From Dehalococcoidia bacterium (GTDB taxonomy: Bacteria > Chloroflexota > Dehalococcoidia > GIF9 > AB-539-J10): a stretch of DNA of 64,000 nt. The notes beneath the pieces are model-generated. The model did not search any database, had not been told where the DNA came from, and worked only from the letters and a program-made list of their open reading frames with translations. How positions within the stretch are numbered: the first letter of the stretch is position 1; the number at the start of each line of letters is the position of its first letter. The position numbers were made by a program, and so were the translations under genes. The DNA lies in the NCBI GenBank assembly GCA_030612025.1, contig JAUWOR010000001.1:135234-199233 (forward strand). Reading direction: 5' to 3'. This document shows positions 1 through 9,663 of the stretch, one piece after another.

Positions 1-815
1 TAGAGACCACCAAGAAGATTCCTTCACTCGAGGTGCCCACTCGTATTTCACGCTCTACAGAGCTGGTACCGCTTAGCGCGTCCCGCGCCTCCGTCCAAAC
101 AACAAAACATCGAATTGTTGCATTCAATACATATTCTGTGGAAATAGTTGGTTAGCCTCATATTGCTAGTTCTAGAATGTCTTTGGACAGGGAGATTGCG
201 TATATGTGCTCCTCGATCCTCGCGTCGACGTGTCCTCTGTCCCTGTGTCCCTCCGCAGCGCGATAAACACAAAGGTACGATTTTCTTCGATAATCATAGG
301 TGATTTCCCTTTAGTCTTATCACTAGGCTTAACCAAATAGCCTACAACGCGATGCCTCAAGTAAGCATCCCCATTGTAACTTCTGCTTCGTGTACCTTCT
401 ATAGGCAAGACAACTAAAGACAATTGGAGGTAGTGAACTAACTAGCTACGGACCTAACCCGAAAGAGAGCCATCCCTTCCACCTTTCGCTTTTGTGTATT
501 TTCTATCTACACCTCTGCATCGCACTTTGCTAATCGCGCTTGTTCTACGTTGCACTTCTGGGATAATGTCGTATTGAACAACACCAACTGGAGAGCGGTA
601 TTTTCTATGGCGCTATTCAAGAGAGGAGGACTACCCTAAGTTAACAATACGTCATTTAGTGCAGTAACCTAGGTTCTGGTTTTCCGATTCCATTTATTGT
701 AGTAGAGTCTACTTCTTAGACAGCAAAACAATGCTCACCCAACAAGAAACATTGGGCTGCAGTGTGAATTGTATCACGCGGGTTCAGCGTGATAATATGT
801 TGGCAAGCTAGATGA

Positions 816-1433
816 ATGGACACAGCTCAACAAATAATCGGTTATGCCAGCCGGCTATTTGATGTCGTTGGTTGCAGTCGTAGGCTATCCAGCATTGATA
901 GACTACTGATTCTTGGCCTCGAGTCAACGCCGGAATGTAACCTTGACGAATTCGGCCATCTGGGAGGTCTTCCTCAGATGTATGGTTTTAAGAAGCACGT
1001 TAGCCCCAGGCTGGAGTCAATGCTGAATTTCATTCGTGGTAAGGGGTTTTGCGCCGAAGCGGTTGGACGATACGGCTATCCTCGCGATGGAATGCTCAAC
1101 CTAAAGGAAGAAGCAATACGAGCTGGCTTGGGTAAGCGGGGCAAGAACACTCTGGTATTGCATCCTAAATATGGCCCTAGGCTTCGTTTTGCGGCAATCA
1201 GAACAGATGCACCACTAGAGCCGACTGTGGACTCGGTTCTGACGGAGGAAGGCAGCCCATTTTGTAGCGGCTGCTCGATATGTATTGATGCCTGCCTGGT
1301 CAAAGCCATTGAACCGTATCGTATGCCAGATACGTCACTTTGTCTCTCAAACATTTCTATGATGGCCGAGGAGCATGGTCGGCTCATCCTATGCGACAAA
1401 TGCCTTAGCATGTGCCCGGCAGGCAAAAAGTGA
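816..1433 (+). CDS. QueG/RdhA-C-terminal-like 2x[4Fe-4S] protein (epoxyqueuosine reductase family)
   Basis: AGLGKRGKNTLVLHPKYGPRLRFAAIRTDAPL motif followed by CxxCxxCxxxC and CxxCxxxCP; no TAT signal. Confidence 0.75.
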   Translation: MDTAQQIIGYASRLFDVVGCSRRLSSIDRLLILGLESTPECNLDEFGHLGGLPQMYGFKKHVSPRLESMLNFIRGKGFCAEAVGRYGYPRDGMLNLKEEAIRAGLGKRGKNTLVLHPKYGPRLRFAAIRTDAPLEPTVDSVLTEEGSPFCSGCSICIDACLVKAIEPYRMPDTSLCLSNISMMAEEHGRLILCDKCLSMCPAGKK

Positions 1434-1608
1434 TAATCCCTCATATAAGCCAACTATCAAGTATTCGTATGCGGGATAATCTGACTTCTCAGCGTTAAAC
1501 ATTAAGCCCATTTGTGATGCATCAAATGTCCTTTGTTAAAACACCCCTACAATGTGAGTAGGAGATTAGCCAGTTAATTATTTTTCTACCTCTTCTAGTT
1601 CCTCTTGC

Positions 1609-2340
1609 TTATCCTGAGTCAGAATCACCAGCTACTGTTTCTACTCCTATCCCCTTCTTCAAATCCCTCTCCACTAGCTTCTTCAGCTTGTGCCCATCAT
1701 AATCCTTAGCCTTTCCCGGGATAATGCTAGTCACTAGCTCAGACCCAGCATTAAGACTCACCTGATCTTTACATCCATAGTAGTACTGCGTCTCCTTGTG
1801 CCTTTTGCCATCCTTACCTGCTACTAGCCTGTTACCCTTTGCTCCCCAGCATGCATCAGCATCCCTGGGAGGTTTCCCTTCCTGTTTCCTTCTCTCACCT
1901 TTAATCAGATTAACGTTGGCTATAGGTGTGGACACTATCCACTACCTGGAGCTTGCCAAATCTAATCCCTTTCTCTTGGGCTATGATGATTATTTCATTT
2001 AACACTAGCTATCAGCCTTCAGCTATCAGTTATCAGCTAATCTGCTGACCGCTGACTGCTCCTCTATTAAGCCAACAAAGAATTTTACCGGCATGTTTTC
2101 GTTGACCACTTCCTCTGTTTGCCTTTCTGAAATGCTAAATAAAAAGGAGATGAGAAGCATTTTGAGAATGCTGTGGGATTATAAGGAGCCTGACCTACCT
2201 TGCCTTTCCCTTTATAGTATTTAAGGAGCTTCTTAGTGAAGCGTTGCCAATCTATAACTTCCTTTAACTTGACCAAAAAGTGACCTCTGGGAACTACTTG
2301 TTCATAGAGAAAATTACCAAAGAAGGAATCTGTAGTGGTT
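1609..2340 (-). pseudogene. Fragmented IS5/IS1182-type DDE transposase
   Basis: Fragments FLVKLKEVIDWQRF..YNP (N-terminal), KLQVVDSVHT, and DADACWGAKG..YYGCKDQV; frameshifts, internal deletion, C-terminus missing. Confidence 0.75.
2003..2062. repeat. Converging heptamer repeats (TCAGCTA-type then GCTGACY)
   Basis: ctagcta tcagcct tcagcta tcagtta tcagcta ... gctgacc gctgact, sitting inside the transposase remnant. Confidence 0.7.
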
Positions 2341-2843
2341 TCTTTGCAAGGTGGATTCCCTATCTTGTATAATAAATGTAATAGTTTCAGTCTAGGTTAT
2401 TGCACACTTAAATCGCTTCATATTTACGTCAGTGTCGGATGACCGAAACTCTAACTATCTAAAAGAAAAGAGGGCGTCCGACGGGCTTTCAGGACGAGTG
2501 AATTAAATGTGTTATCGTTGGAACTACATTTACCTTCATCGCTTCCGAACAGGTGACCTTCACCAGTATACGCTTTGCTAACAGCGTAAAAACGCTGCCT
2601 CGATCGCTGAAGACCAGAGACAATAAAGTCGCATTTTGCATATTGCAATAACTATCGATAGCGAAGTGGAATACGCCACTGTCCTATGGAACTTCTCGTA
2701 AATACTACGAATTGTCCCATTTGAATTTGCCAAAGTCAGAACTGGCTATTGTGGCGATAACCCTGAAGCGATGACGCTGATGCAGAACATCGGTGGTTAT
2801 AGAATAGAAATAAGACTGAATAGATGAGAGGATTTTACTATAT

Positions 2844-4676
2844 ATGAATTATCGCAGTGACATAAGAAATATAGCTATTATCGCCCACGTTGACCATGGT
2901 AAGACTACTCTGGTAGACGCCATGCTTAAGCAAAGCAGGGTGTTTCGGGATAACCAGAACGTGGGCGAGTTAATAATGGACCAGGGCGTCCTGGAGCGAG
3001 AAAAAGGCATTACTATCATGGCTAAAAATACAGCCGTAGTTTACCGGGGAGTCAAAATCAATATCATCGATACTCCAGGCCATGTCGATTTCAGCGGAGA
3101 GGTGGAGCGCGTCATAAGTATGGCTGACGGTTGCCTGCTTCTAGTGGACTCTATAGAAGGTCCCATGCCCCAGACTAAGTTTGTGCTTCGCAAAGCTCTG
3201 GAAAGGGGTCTAAAACCCATTGTGGTTATTAACAAAATCGATAGGCAAAATTCGCGGATAGCAGAGGTGCTTCGGCTTATCCAGGACCTATTCTTAGAAT
3301 TAGCTACCAGTGCTGACCAGCTTGATTTCCCAGTGATATATGCCAGTGCGAGGGAAGGTATGGCCGTAACCGAGCTAAGTATGAAAAGCAAAGACATCAC
3401 CCCTCTCTTCGAATGCATCTTAGAAAAAGTACCACCACCGCAAATTGAAAGCGGGCCATTTCAAATGCTGGTTTCTAACCTGGACTATGAAAGCCACAAA
3501 GGTAAAATAGCTATTGGTAGAATCTGGAGAGGCAAAGTTGCCACCCACGACCCAGTAGTTAATATGAGTGCTGATGGGAGCATAACTCGTTATGAGATTA
3601 GTGAAGTATTTACGTATCTCGGTCTCAAGCACTTGGAGGTAGCAGAAGCCGAGGCGGGTGACATAGTAGCTGTAACCGGACTCGAAAAGGTCAGCATTGG
3701 AGATACCATTGCCAACCCGGAGCGGCCTGAAGCTCTACCGCGCATAGAAGTCGGCGAGCCTACAGTAGAGATGACCTTTGGAGTAAACACCTCACCGTTC
3801 GCCGGCCGTGAGGGGCGCTTTAGCGCCACGCGCCAGCTACGGGAGCGACTCTATAAAGAATTGGAGACTAATCTTAGTCTCAGAGTCCAAGATACAGATA
3901 GCCCAGACATTTTCCTAGTAAGAGGGAGAGGAGAACTACACTTGGCTATTCTCATTGAAACCATGCGTCGGGAGGGCTACGAATTTGAAGTCTCCAAGCC
4001 AGAAGCTATTACCAAAGTAATTGACGGCGAGCTTATGGAACCCATGGAGGTTCTTACCCTTGATACCAAAGATGAATATATTGGAGTTTTAACCGAGATG
4101 CTGAGCAAGCGGCAAGCTCAGCTTACGGATATGCGCAACGATGGCCATGATAATGTACATTTAGAATTCCGTGTACCTACAAAAGGACTCATTGGTTTCC
4201 GTAATTCATTTATTCCTGCTACCAGGGGTGAAGGAGTCATGAATACCACTTTTCTTGACTATCAACCCTGGCGTGGAGATATTGTTTCAACTCGTAATGG
4301 AGCACTGGTAGCATCGGAACAAGGTATAGCTGTTACCTATGGTCTAAATAACGCCCAGGGGCGGGGCTTAACCTTCGTTGAACCCGGTACACCAACCTAT
4401 GAAGGTATGATAGTGGGGCTGAATTCACGGCCACAGGACATAGCCATCAACGTATGCAAAGAAAAGAAGAAGACTAATGTACGCTCGTCAACGTCAGACA
4501 TCGCCGTAAGGCTGACTCCTCCCGTGAAACTAAGCTTGGAGCAAGCCATTGACTTTATCAATAAGGATGAACTGGTTGAGGTGACTCCTGAGAATATCAG
4601 ATTGAGGAAGAAGTTACTCACCCAGGCACAACGGCTGAGGAGTATCTCTCTTTCCCGTCGGAGCACAAAAGCATAG
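2844..4676 (+). CDS. typA: Translational GTPase TypA/BipA
   Basis: IRNIAIIAHVDHGKTTLVD, DTPGHVDFSGEVER, GRGELHLAILIETMRREG, ELVEVTPENIRLRK. Confidence 0.97.
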   Translation: MNYRSDIRNIAIIAHVDHGKTTLVDAMLKQSRVFRDNQNVGELIMDQGVLEREKGITIMAKNTAVVYRGVKINIIDTPGHVDFSGEVERVISMADGCLLLVDSIEGPMPQTKFVLRKALERGLKPIVVINKIDRQNSRIAEVLRLIQDLFLELATSADQLDFPVIYASAREGMAVTELSMKSKDITPLFECILEKVPPPQIESGPFQMLVSNLDYESHKGKIAIGRIWRGKVATHDPVVNMSADGSITRYEISEVFTYLGLKHLEVAEAEAGDIVAVTGLEKVSIGDTIANPERPEALPRIEVGEPTVEMTFGVNTSPFAGREGRFSATRQLRERLYKELETNLSLRVQDTDSPDIFLVRGRGELHLAILIETMRREGYEFEVSKPEAITKVIDGELMEPMEVLTLDTKDEYIGVLTEMLSKRQAQLTDMRNDGHDNVHLEFRVPTKGLIGFRNSFIPATRGEGVMNTTFLDYQPWRGDIVSTRNGALVASEQGIAVTYGLNNAQGRGLTFVEPGTPTYEGMIVGLNSRPQDIAINVCKEKKKTNVRSSTSDIAVRLTPPVKLSLEQAIDFINKDELVEVTPENIRLRKKLLTQAQRLRSISLSRRSTKA

Positions 4677-4882
4677 ACTATGGCCTACCATTAACGTACT
4701 TCAACGCTCGAATTGATACCCTAGTTCCCACGATATCCAATACGTCATCCCTGAAAACGCTGACTTTGTCAAGAGTTAATAAGTTAGGGTTCTACTAAGT
4801 TGTGATTGAGCTTGACAAAGAAGACGTTAACTGCTCAAAGTATATCTATTGCCAGTTTGTGCTAATATCCAATGAAAGAAGA

Positions 4883-5619
4883 ATGGCAGATATTATCGAG
4901 GGTAGAAATCCTGTAATTGAGGCACTGAAGACTGGCCGTCCCATAAATAAAGTATTGCTCGCCCGCAATATTAGGCTTCATTCGGCAGTTGCCGAAATAT
5001 TGAACCTTTCCAAATCTAGAAGGATCCCCGTTGAATACGTGGAAAGACGGTATATTGACAAGTTAAGCGCAACTTCCTCTCACCAAGGGGTTATTGCTTA
5101 TGCCTCAATCAAGGAATATGCCGCCTTGGAAGATTTACTCACCATCTCTAGCGAAAAAACGAATCGCCCTTTTATTGTATCCTGGATGGTATTGAAGACC
5201 CGCAGAATCTAGGAGCAATTATAAGAACTGCCGAAGCGAGCGGTACTCATGGTGTGATTATCCGCTCAAGAAGAGTTGTGGGACTCACCGCAACGGTGGC
5301 TAAGGCATCGGCTGGCGCTGTGGAGTATGTGCCGGTGGCACGGGTATCCAACATCTCCCAAGCCATGGTGGCATTGAAAAGAAGCGGTGTCTGGGTTGTT
5401 GGCATAGACCAGACTGGCGAAATCCTATACACCCAGGTGGATTTCAAATTGTCGACAGCGATTGTAATAGGTAGCGAGGGCAAGGGACTGTCAGATTTGG
5501 TCAAGCAAAGGTGCGATTCTCTGGCGTCTATGCCGATGCTAGGGAGAATTACCTCACTTAATGTCTCTGTCGCAGCAGCGTTAGTGATGTACGAAGCTTT
5601 CAAACAAAGAAGCTGCTAG
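4883..5619 (+). pseudogene. rlmB: 23S rRNA (G2251) 2'-O-methyltransferase, split by a 1-bp frameshift
   Basis: MADIIEGRNPVIEAL..HQGVIA in one frame; ILDGIEDPQNLGAIIR..GSEGKGLS..SLNVSVAAAL in the -1 frame; shift at the A6 run ~5154-5159. Confidence 0.85.
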
Positions 5620-6411
5620 TTTTTTATTCCTCCGTCCACACCTATTAGCATTGGCAGACAACAAAAAGCCAGACCGTTCAATTGAAAGTCCACTTATAAA
5701 AAGCACACCAAATCCGGTACCGTCCCAAATCTATTGATGTGTTTGAAGGAGTGAACATGGAAGAATCAATAGCAGAAGGATTAGTTGTATCAGAAGGTTT
5801 CTTTTACCTTGTACTTTTACTTCTTAGCTGAGGAGTTGCGTGGTCTGTATGTTTATTGAAACATATAGATAATAGACTTAAACAACTAAGCAGTAAGCTA
5901 GACATCGAAATACAACAAGATGTTAAAAAAGCTACGTAAATATTGAGCGTAGAACATTATAAATGCTATCAGACAATTGCGTTATAGATAACAATATGGC
6001 CTTTATCTTGTCCATTAGAGGAGGGTAGTATATCCTAATAACAATTAATACAATCAATATACCAAGCCCAATGATAAGTGCAATTATCCACTTAAACATT
6101 GTAAGATAATTCTATAGTGTAGTATTTGCTGAATCAAGAGCAATGGAACGGAACCTAACTTTCACACTTATTGACGTAGAACCTTATCGTCTGAAGTACG
6201 TTTTTCAAGGCAGTACGCATTTATCCTGACTCATACTATCGTCTGGATAAGTGCGACACGTTTGACGGAAAGATGATGTAGCCCTTAGATTTAAGATGTG
6301 GGATTGATAAGCCAAAAGAGCAGAGAAAGACGGCTTTAAAGAGGCCGCAGGTAACCCATCCCAAAACAGTTCTCAGCTTCTATCTTCCCAGTGTGCTCCT
6401 GTTTTGTTCAT

Positions 6412-6485
<74 letters not shown>

Positions 6486-6744
6486 AAGAACAGTCAGTTA
6501 TTATACCAGATTATTGTGCAGCGAGGTAACTTTCAATATAGGGCAGATTATGCTGGAAAGGGCAAGCCTGCTATGAGGAAATCTGGCTATATCTGGCAGT
6601 CCTCATTTGATTTGATTATAGTATAATAGGGCTTTAATCTTAATCAGCAATAACCGCTTCTCAGGACAACTTATTCCCTGTGATGTTGGTAGGAATTCTA
6701 TTTAACAAGAAGGAACTATAATCGGATAGTTAGGAGATGCCTAG

Positions 6745-7425
6745 ATGTTAAACATAACTTTCCCGGTAGCTTTTGCTGCGGGAATACTTTCCTTTCTATC
6801 ACCTTGTGTGCTGCCACTGGTTCCAGTGTACCTGGCCAACATAGCCGGTATGTCGGTTCTCAGTTCTGACCCTCCAGGTCGGAGGCATATTATGCTTCAT
6901 ACCATTAGCTTTGTAGGTGGTTTTTCCTTAGTTTTCACTGCCATGGGAGCCTCATTGGGCTTATTGGGAGCCATGGCACCTTTTGGACTATTGCGTAATA
7001 TAGCTGGCGTGTTATTAATCTTACTCGGAGTATTTTTATTAGCTGCTACTAAGTTGCCCTGGCTCAATTATGAAAAACGCCTTAATCTCACCCAAGCCAA
7101 GGGCTCAGGGTATTTGAGGTCTCTGTCAATAGGAGCAATATTCTCCCTTGGCTGGACTCCCTGTGTCGGACCAGTATTAGGAGGCATACTAGCTCTAGCC
7201 TGGGGCTCACAAACAGTATGGCACGGAATTTACCTTTTGCTTGCTTATTGCTTAGGCTTCGGATTGCCTTTCATTGGTGTAAGTCTAACCTTAGGGGCAG
7301 CCTCACGCTACCTCCGTTGGCTTAACCGCCATGCCTTCATTACCGCTGCAGTAAGTGCAGCTTTATTAATCACCGTGGGAATTTTAATGTTGACCGGTCA
7401 CTTAGCCTACATCAGCAGTCTATGA
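6745..7425 (+). CDS. ccdA: Cytochrome c biogenesis protein CcdA (DsbD TM domain)
   Basis: AGILSFLSPCVLPLVPVY and GWTPCVGPVLG motifs; about 6 TM helices. Confidence 0.92.
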   Translation: MLNITFPVAFAAGILSFLSPCVLPLVPVYLANIAGMSVLSSDPPGRRHIMLHTISFVGGFSLVFTAMGASLGLLGAMAPFGLLRNIAGVLLILLGVFLLAATKLPWLNYEKRLNLTQAKGSGYLRSLSIGAIFSLGWTPCVGPVLGGILALAWGSQTVWHGIYLLLAYCLGFGLPFIGVSLTLGAASRYLRWLNRHAFITAAVSAALLITVGILMLTGHLAYISSL

Positions 7426-7441
7426 ACAGAGGTTGAATAAT

Positions 7442-7981
7442 ATGACTAGGAAGCGATTGAAAAGTTGCTTATTGAGGGCAAGCTTATTCTTTATTGTATT
7501 TGCCTTGACCTGTGGTGCTCTAAGTTGCAGCTCGCCTACCCCACCAGACCTGATAGAAGTGGACATCGTGGCACCAGACTTTACACTACCCACTATGACA
7601 GGCACGGAAATAACCTTATCAGAGTTACAGGGAACGCCAGTAGTGCTCAACTTCTGGGCTATCAGTTGTCCTGCCTGCAGAGCGGGATTGCCCTATTTTG
7701 ATGTAGTAGCTAAAGAGTATGCTGACAAGGTAACAATCGTGGCTGTTAATATAGGGGAGAGCGTTTCACAGGTGAAAGGATTTTTCGGCGACAGTAAAGT
7801 AAGCTTCACCGTTGCTCTAGATAAGAATGCTCAGATGACCTCAAGTTATGCTACAGGGTATATCCCCACCACTTTTTTCATAGATAGCCAGGGCATCATT
7901 CGGTATATAAAAGTGGGGGCATTTGCTGACGAGAAGCAACTACAGGCTAGCATAGATAAACTATTAAACAAAGGAGGATAA
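7442..7981 (+). CDS. TlpA/ResA-family thiol-disulfide reductase, probable lipoprotein
   Basis: APDFTL, VVLNFWAISCPAC, IPTTFFID; lipobox-like ALSC. Confidence 0.9.
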   Translation: MTRKRLKSCLLRASLFFIVFALTCGALSCSSPTPPDLIEVDIVAPDFTLPTMTGTEITLSELQGTPVVLNFWAISCPACRAGLPYFDVVAKEYADKVTIVAVNIGESVSQVKGFFGDSKVSFTVALDKNAQMTSSYATGYIPTTFFIDSQGIIRYIKVGAFADEKQLQASIDKLLNKGG

Positions 7982-8019
7982 TCCATGACCGCTAAAGTCG
8001 TAACCGATAGCACTTTTGA

Positions 8020-9261
8020 CTAGCCGCTGAATTTTCTGAAGACTAGGGCAGCGTTAGCCCCACCAAAGCCGAAGGAATTGGAAAGAACAATGTTCACTTC
8101 GGCTTTTCTAGCTACATTAGGGACACAGTCTAAGTCGCATTCAGGGTCTGGGGTATCATAATTTATAGTAGGAGGGATTATGCCATCCCTGATAGTCAGG
8201 ACGGTGAAAATAGCTTCCACGGCGCCGGCTCCGGCCAATAAATGACCAATCATAGATTTATTGGAGCTTACAGCCACTTTCCCAGCATGCTTCCCTAAAG
8301 CAATCTTTATAGCCTTAGTCTCAGATGTATCATTGAGGGGAGTAGATGTGCCATGAGCATTGATATAATCGATATCACCAGCCGAGATAGCAGCCTCACT
8401 CAAAGCTAACTTGATACACTTTGCTTGATTTTCTGGATCGGGCTCCGTTATGTGAAAGCCATCAATGTTAGAACCAAAGCCTACAAGCTCAGCATAAATC
8501 TTAGCTCCTTTTTTCATAGCTGAGCCAAGCTCCTCCAGGATAACAATCCCAGCACCTTCTCCAAGCACAAAGCCATCGCGGTTTTTATCAAAGGGACGCG
8601 ATGCTTTTTCTGGCTCATCATTCCGGCGAGATATGGCTCCCATCCTACCCAGTCCAGCGACACCTACAGGAAGAATATAGGCATCGCTCCCTCCAGCAAT
8701 CACGGCATCTGCCTCGCCATATTGAATAAGTCTGAAAGCATCACCGATAGCATGACTGCCACTGGCGCAGGCGGTAACTACACACTGGCTCGGTCCCTTA
8801 GCACCAGAAACGATGGAGATCTCCCCTACTGCCATGTTGGGTATGAAGCCGGGGATAAAGAAGGGAGAAACCTTATCTGGCCCCTCCTCTCGAAGAGTAA
8901 AAAGATTCTTTTCATAAGTACTCATGCCACCAACACATGTGCCCACCACTATCCCCACTCTATCAGCATTGCTATCGTTGATAATCAATCCAGAGTCATC
9001 CAGCGCCATGCGAGTAGCCACCAGGGCATAGTGAATAAAGGGGTCAGTTCTTCTTATCCTCTTCCTATCCAGAAAGTCCTCGGGATGGAAATCTTTTATC
9101 TCAGCAGCAATTTGCGTCCTAAAACCGGTGGGGTCAAACTTAGTAATTCTTGCTATCCCTGATTTGCCCTGGCATAAAGCCTGCCATGACTGCTCAGCAC
9201 CGGTTGCCAGAGGAGTAACGGCGCCAATGCCGGTAACAACTACTCTCCTCTTATGGTTCAT
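8020..9261 (-). CDS. fabF: Beta-ketoacyl-ACP synthase II
   Basis: RRVVVTGIGAVTPL, TACASG, INAHGTST, KSMIGHLL, SNSFGFGG. Confidence 0.95.
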   Translation of the reverse strand: MNHKRRVVVTGIGAVTPLATGAEQSWQALCQGKSGIARITKFDPTGFRTQIAAEIKDFHPEDFLDRKRIRRTDPFIHYALVATRMALDDSGLIINDSNADRVGIVVGTCVGGMSTYEKNLFTLREEGPDKVSPFFIPGFIPNMAVGEISIVSGAKGPSQCVVTACASGSHAIGDAFRLIQYGEADAVIAGGSDAYILPVGVAGLGRMGAISRRNDEPEKASRPFDKNRDGFVLGEGAGIVILEELGSAMKKGAKIYAELVGFGSNIDGFHITEPDPENQAKCIKLALSEAAISAGDIDYINAHGTSTPLNDTSETKAIKIALGKHAGKVAVSSNKSMIGHLLAGAGAVEAIFTVLTIRDGIIPPTINYDTPDPECDLDCVPNVARKAEVNIVLSNSFGFGGANAALVFRKFSG

Positions 9262-9263
9262 TG

Positions 9264-9503
9264 TTAACTTTTTAACTCGATGTAATTAAGTGCATCCTGG
9301 ACGGTTTGTATTTTCTCCGCATCCTCGTCTGGGATTTCAATCCCGAAGGTATCTTCTGCTGCGGTAATAAACTCTATCAGATCTAAGCTATCAGCACCAA
9401 GATCATCAATAAATGAGGCTTCGGGAACTACTTTTGTTTCCTCAACTTCCAATAGCTCTACTATTAACTTTTTTAACCTTTCAAGGATATTTCCATCACT
9501 CAT
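9264..9503 (-). CDS. acpP: Acyl carrier protein
   Basis: [11 protein letters not shown] phosphopantetheine-site motif. Confidence 0.95.
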   Translation of the reverse strand: MSDGNILERLKKLIVELLEVEETKVVPEASFIDDLGADSLDLIEFITAAEDTFGIEIPDEDAEKIQTVQDALNYIELKS

Positions 9504-9524
9504 TTTTTACCTCACTTCTGGGCT

Positions 9525-9663
9525 GAGGCTGTTTAATTTTGCCTCATCCGGATTCTCGTAGTGCGACCCTTTAGGGTCGTGCACGAGGCTAAAGTAGTTG
9601 CCTGATTTATCAGGCTCTTATTGCCCAATAAATTGGGCAACTACTACATTTTTAAACACCCTC
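9525..9663. mobile_element. REP-carrying MITE-like element with chimeric REP cargo
   Basis: TIR GAGGCTGTTTAA / TTAAACACCCTC; flanks GGGCT/AGGCT; family-2 REP doublet nested inside a family-1 doublet. Confidence 0.75.

Noticed and set aside
816-1433. Respiratory reductive dehalogenase rdhA
   Set aside because: Too short, no TAT signal, no rdhB anchor gene
5829-5831. Selenocysteine recoding of the TGA
   Set aside because: No convincing SECIS hairpin and no redox motif context; nonsense mutation is simpler
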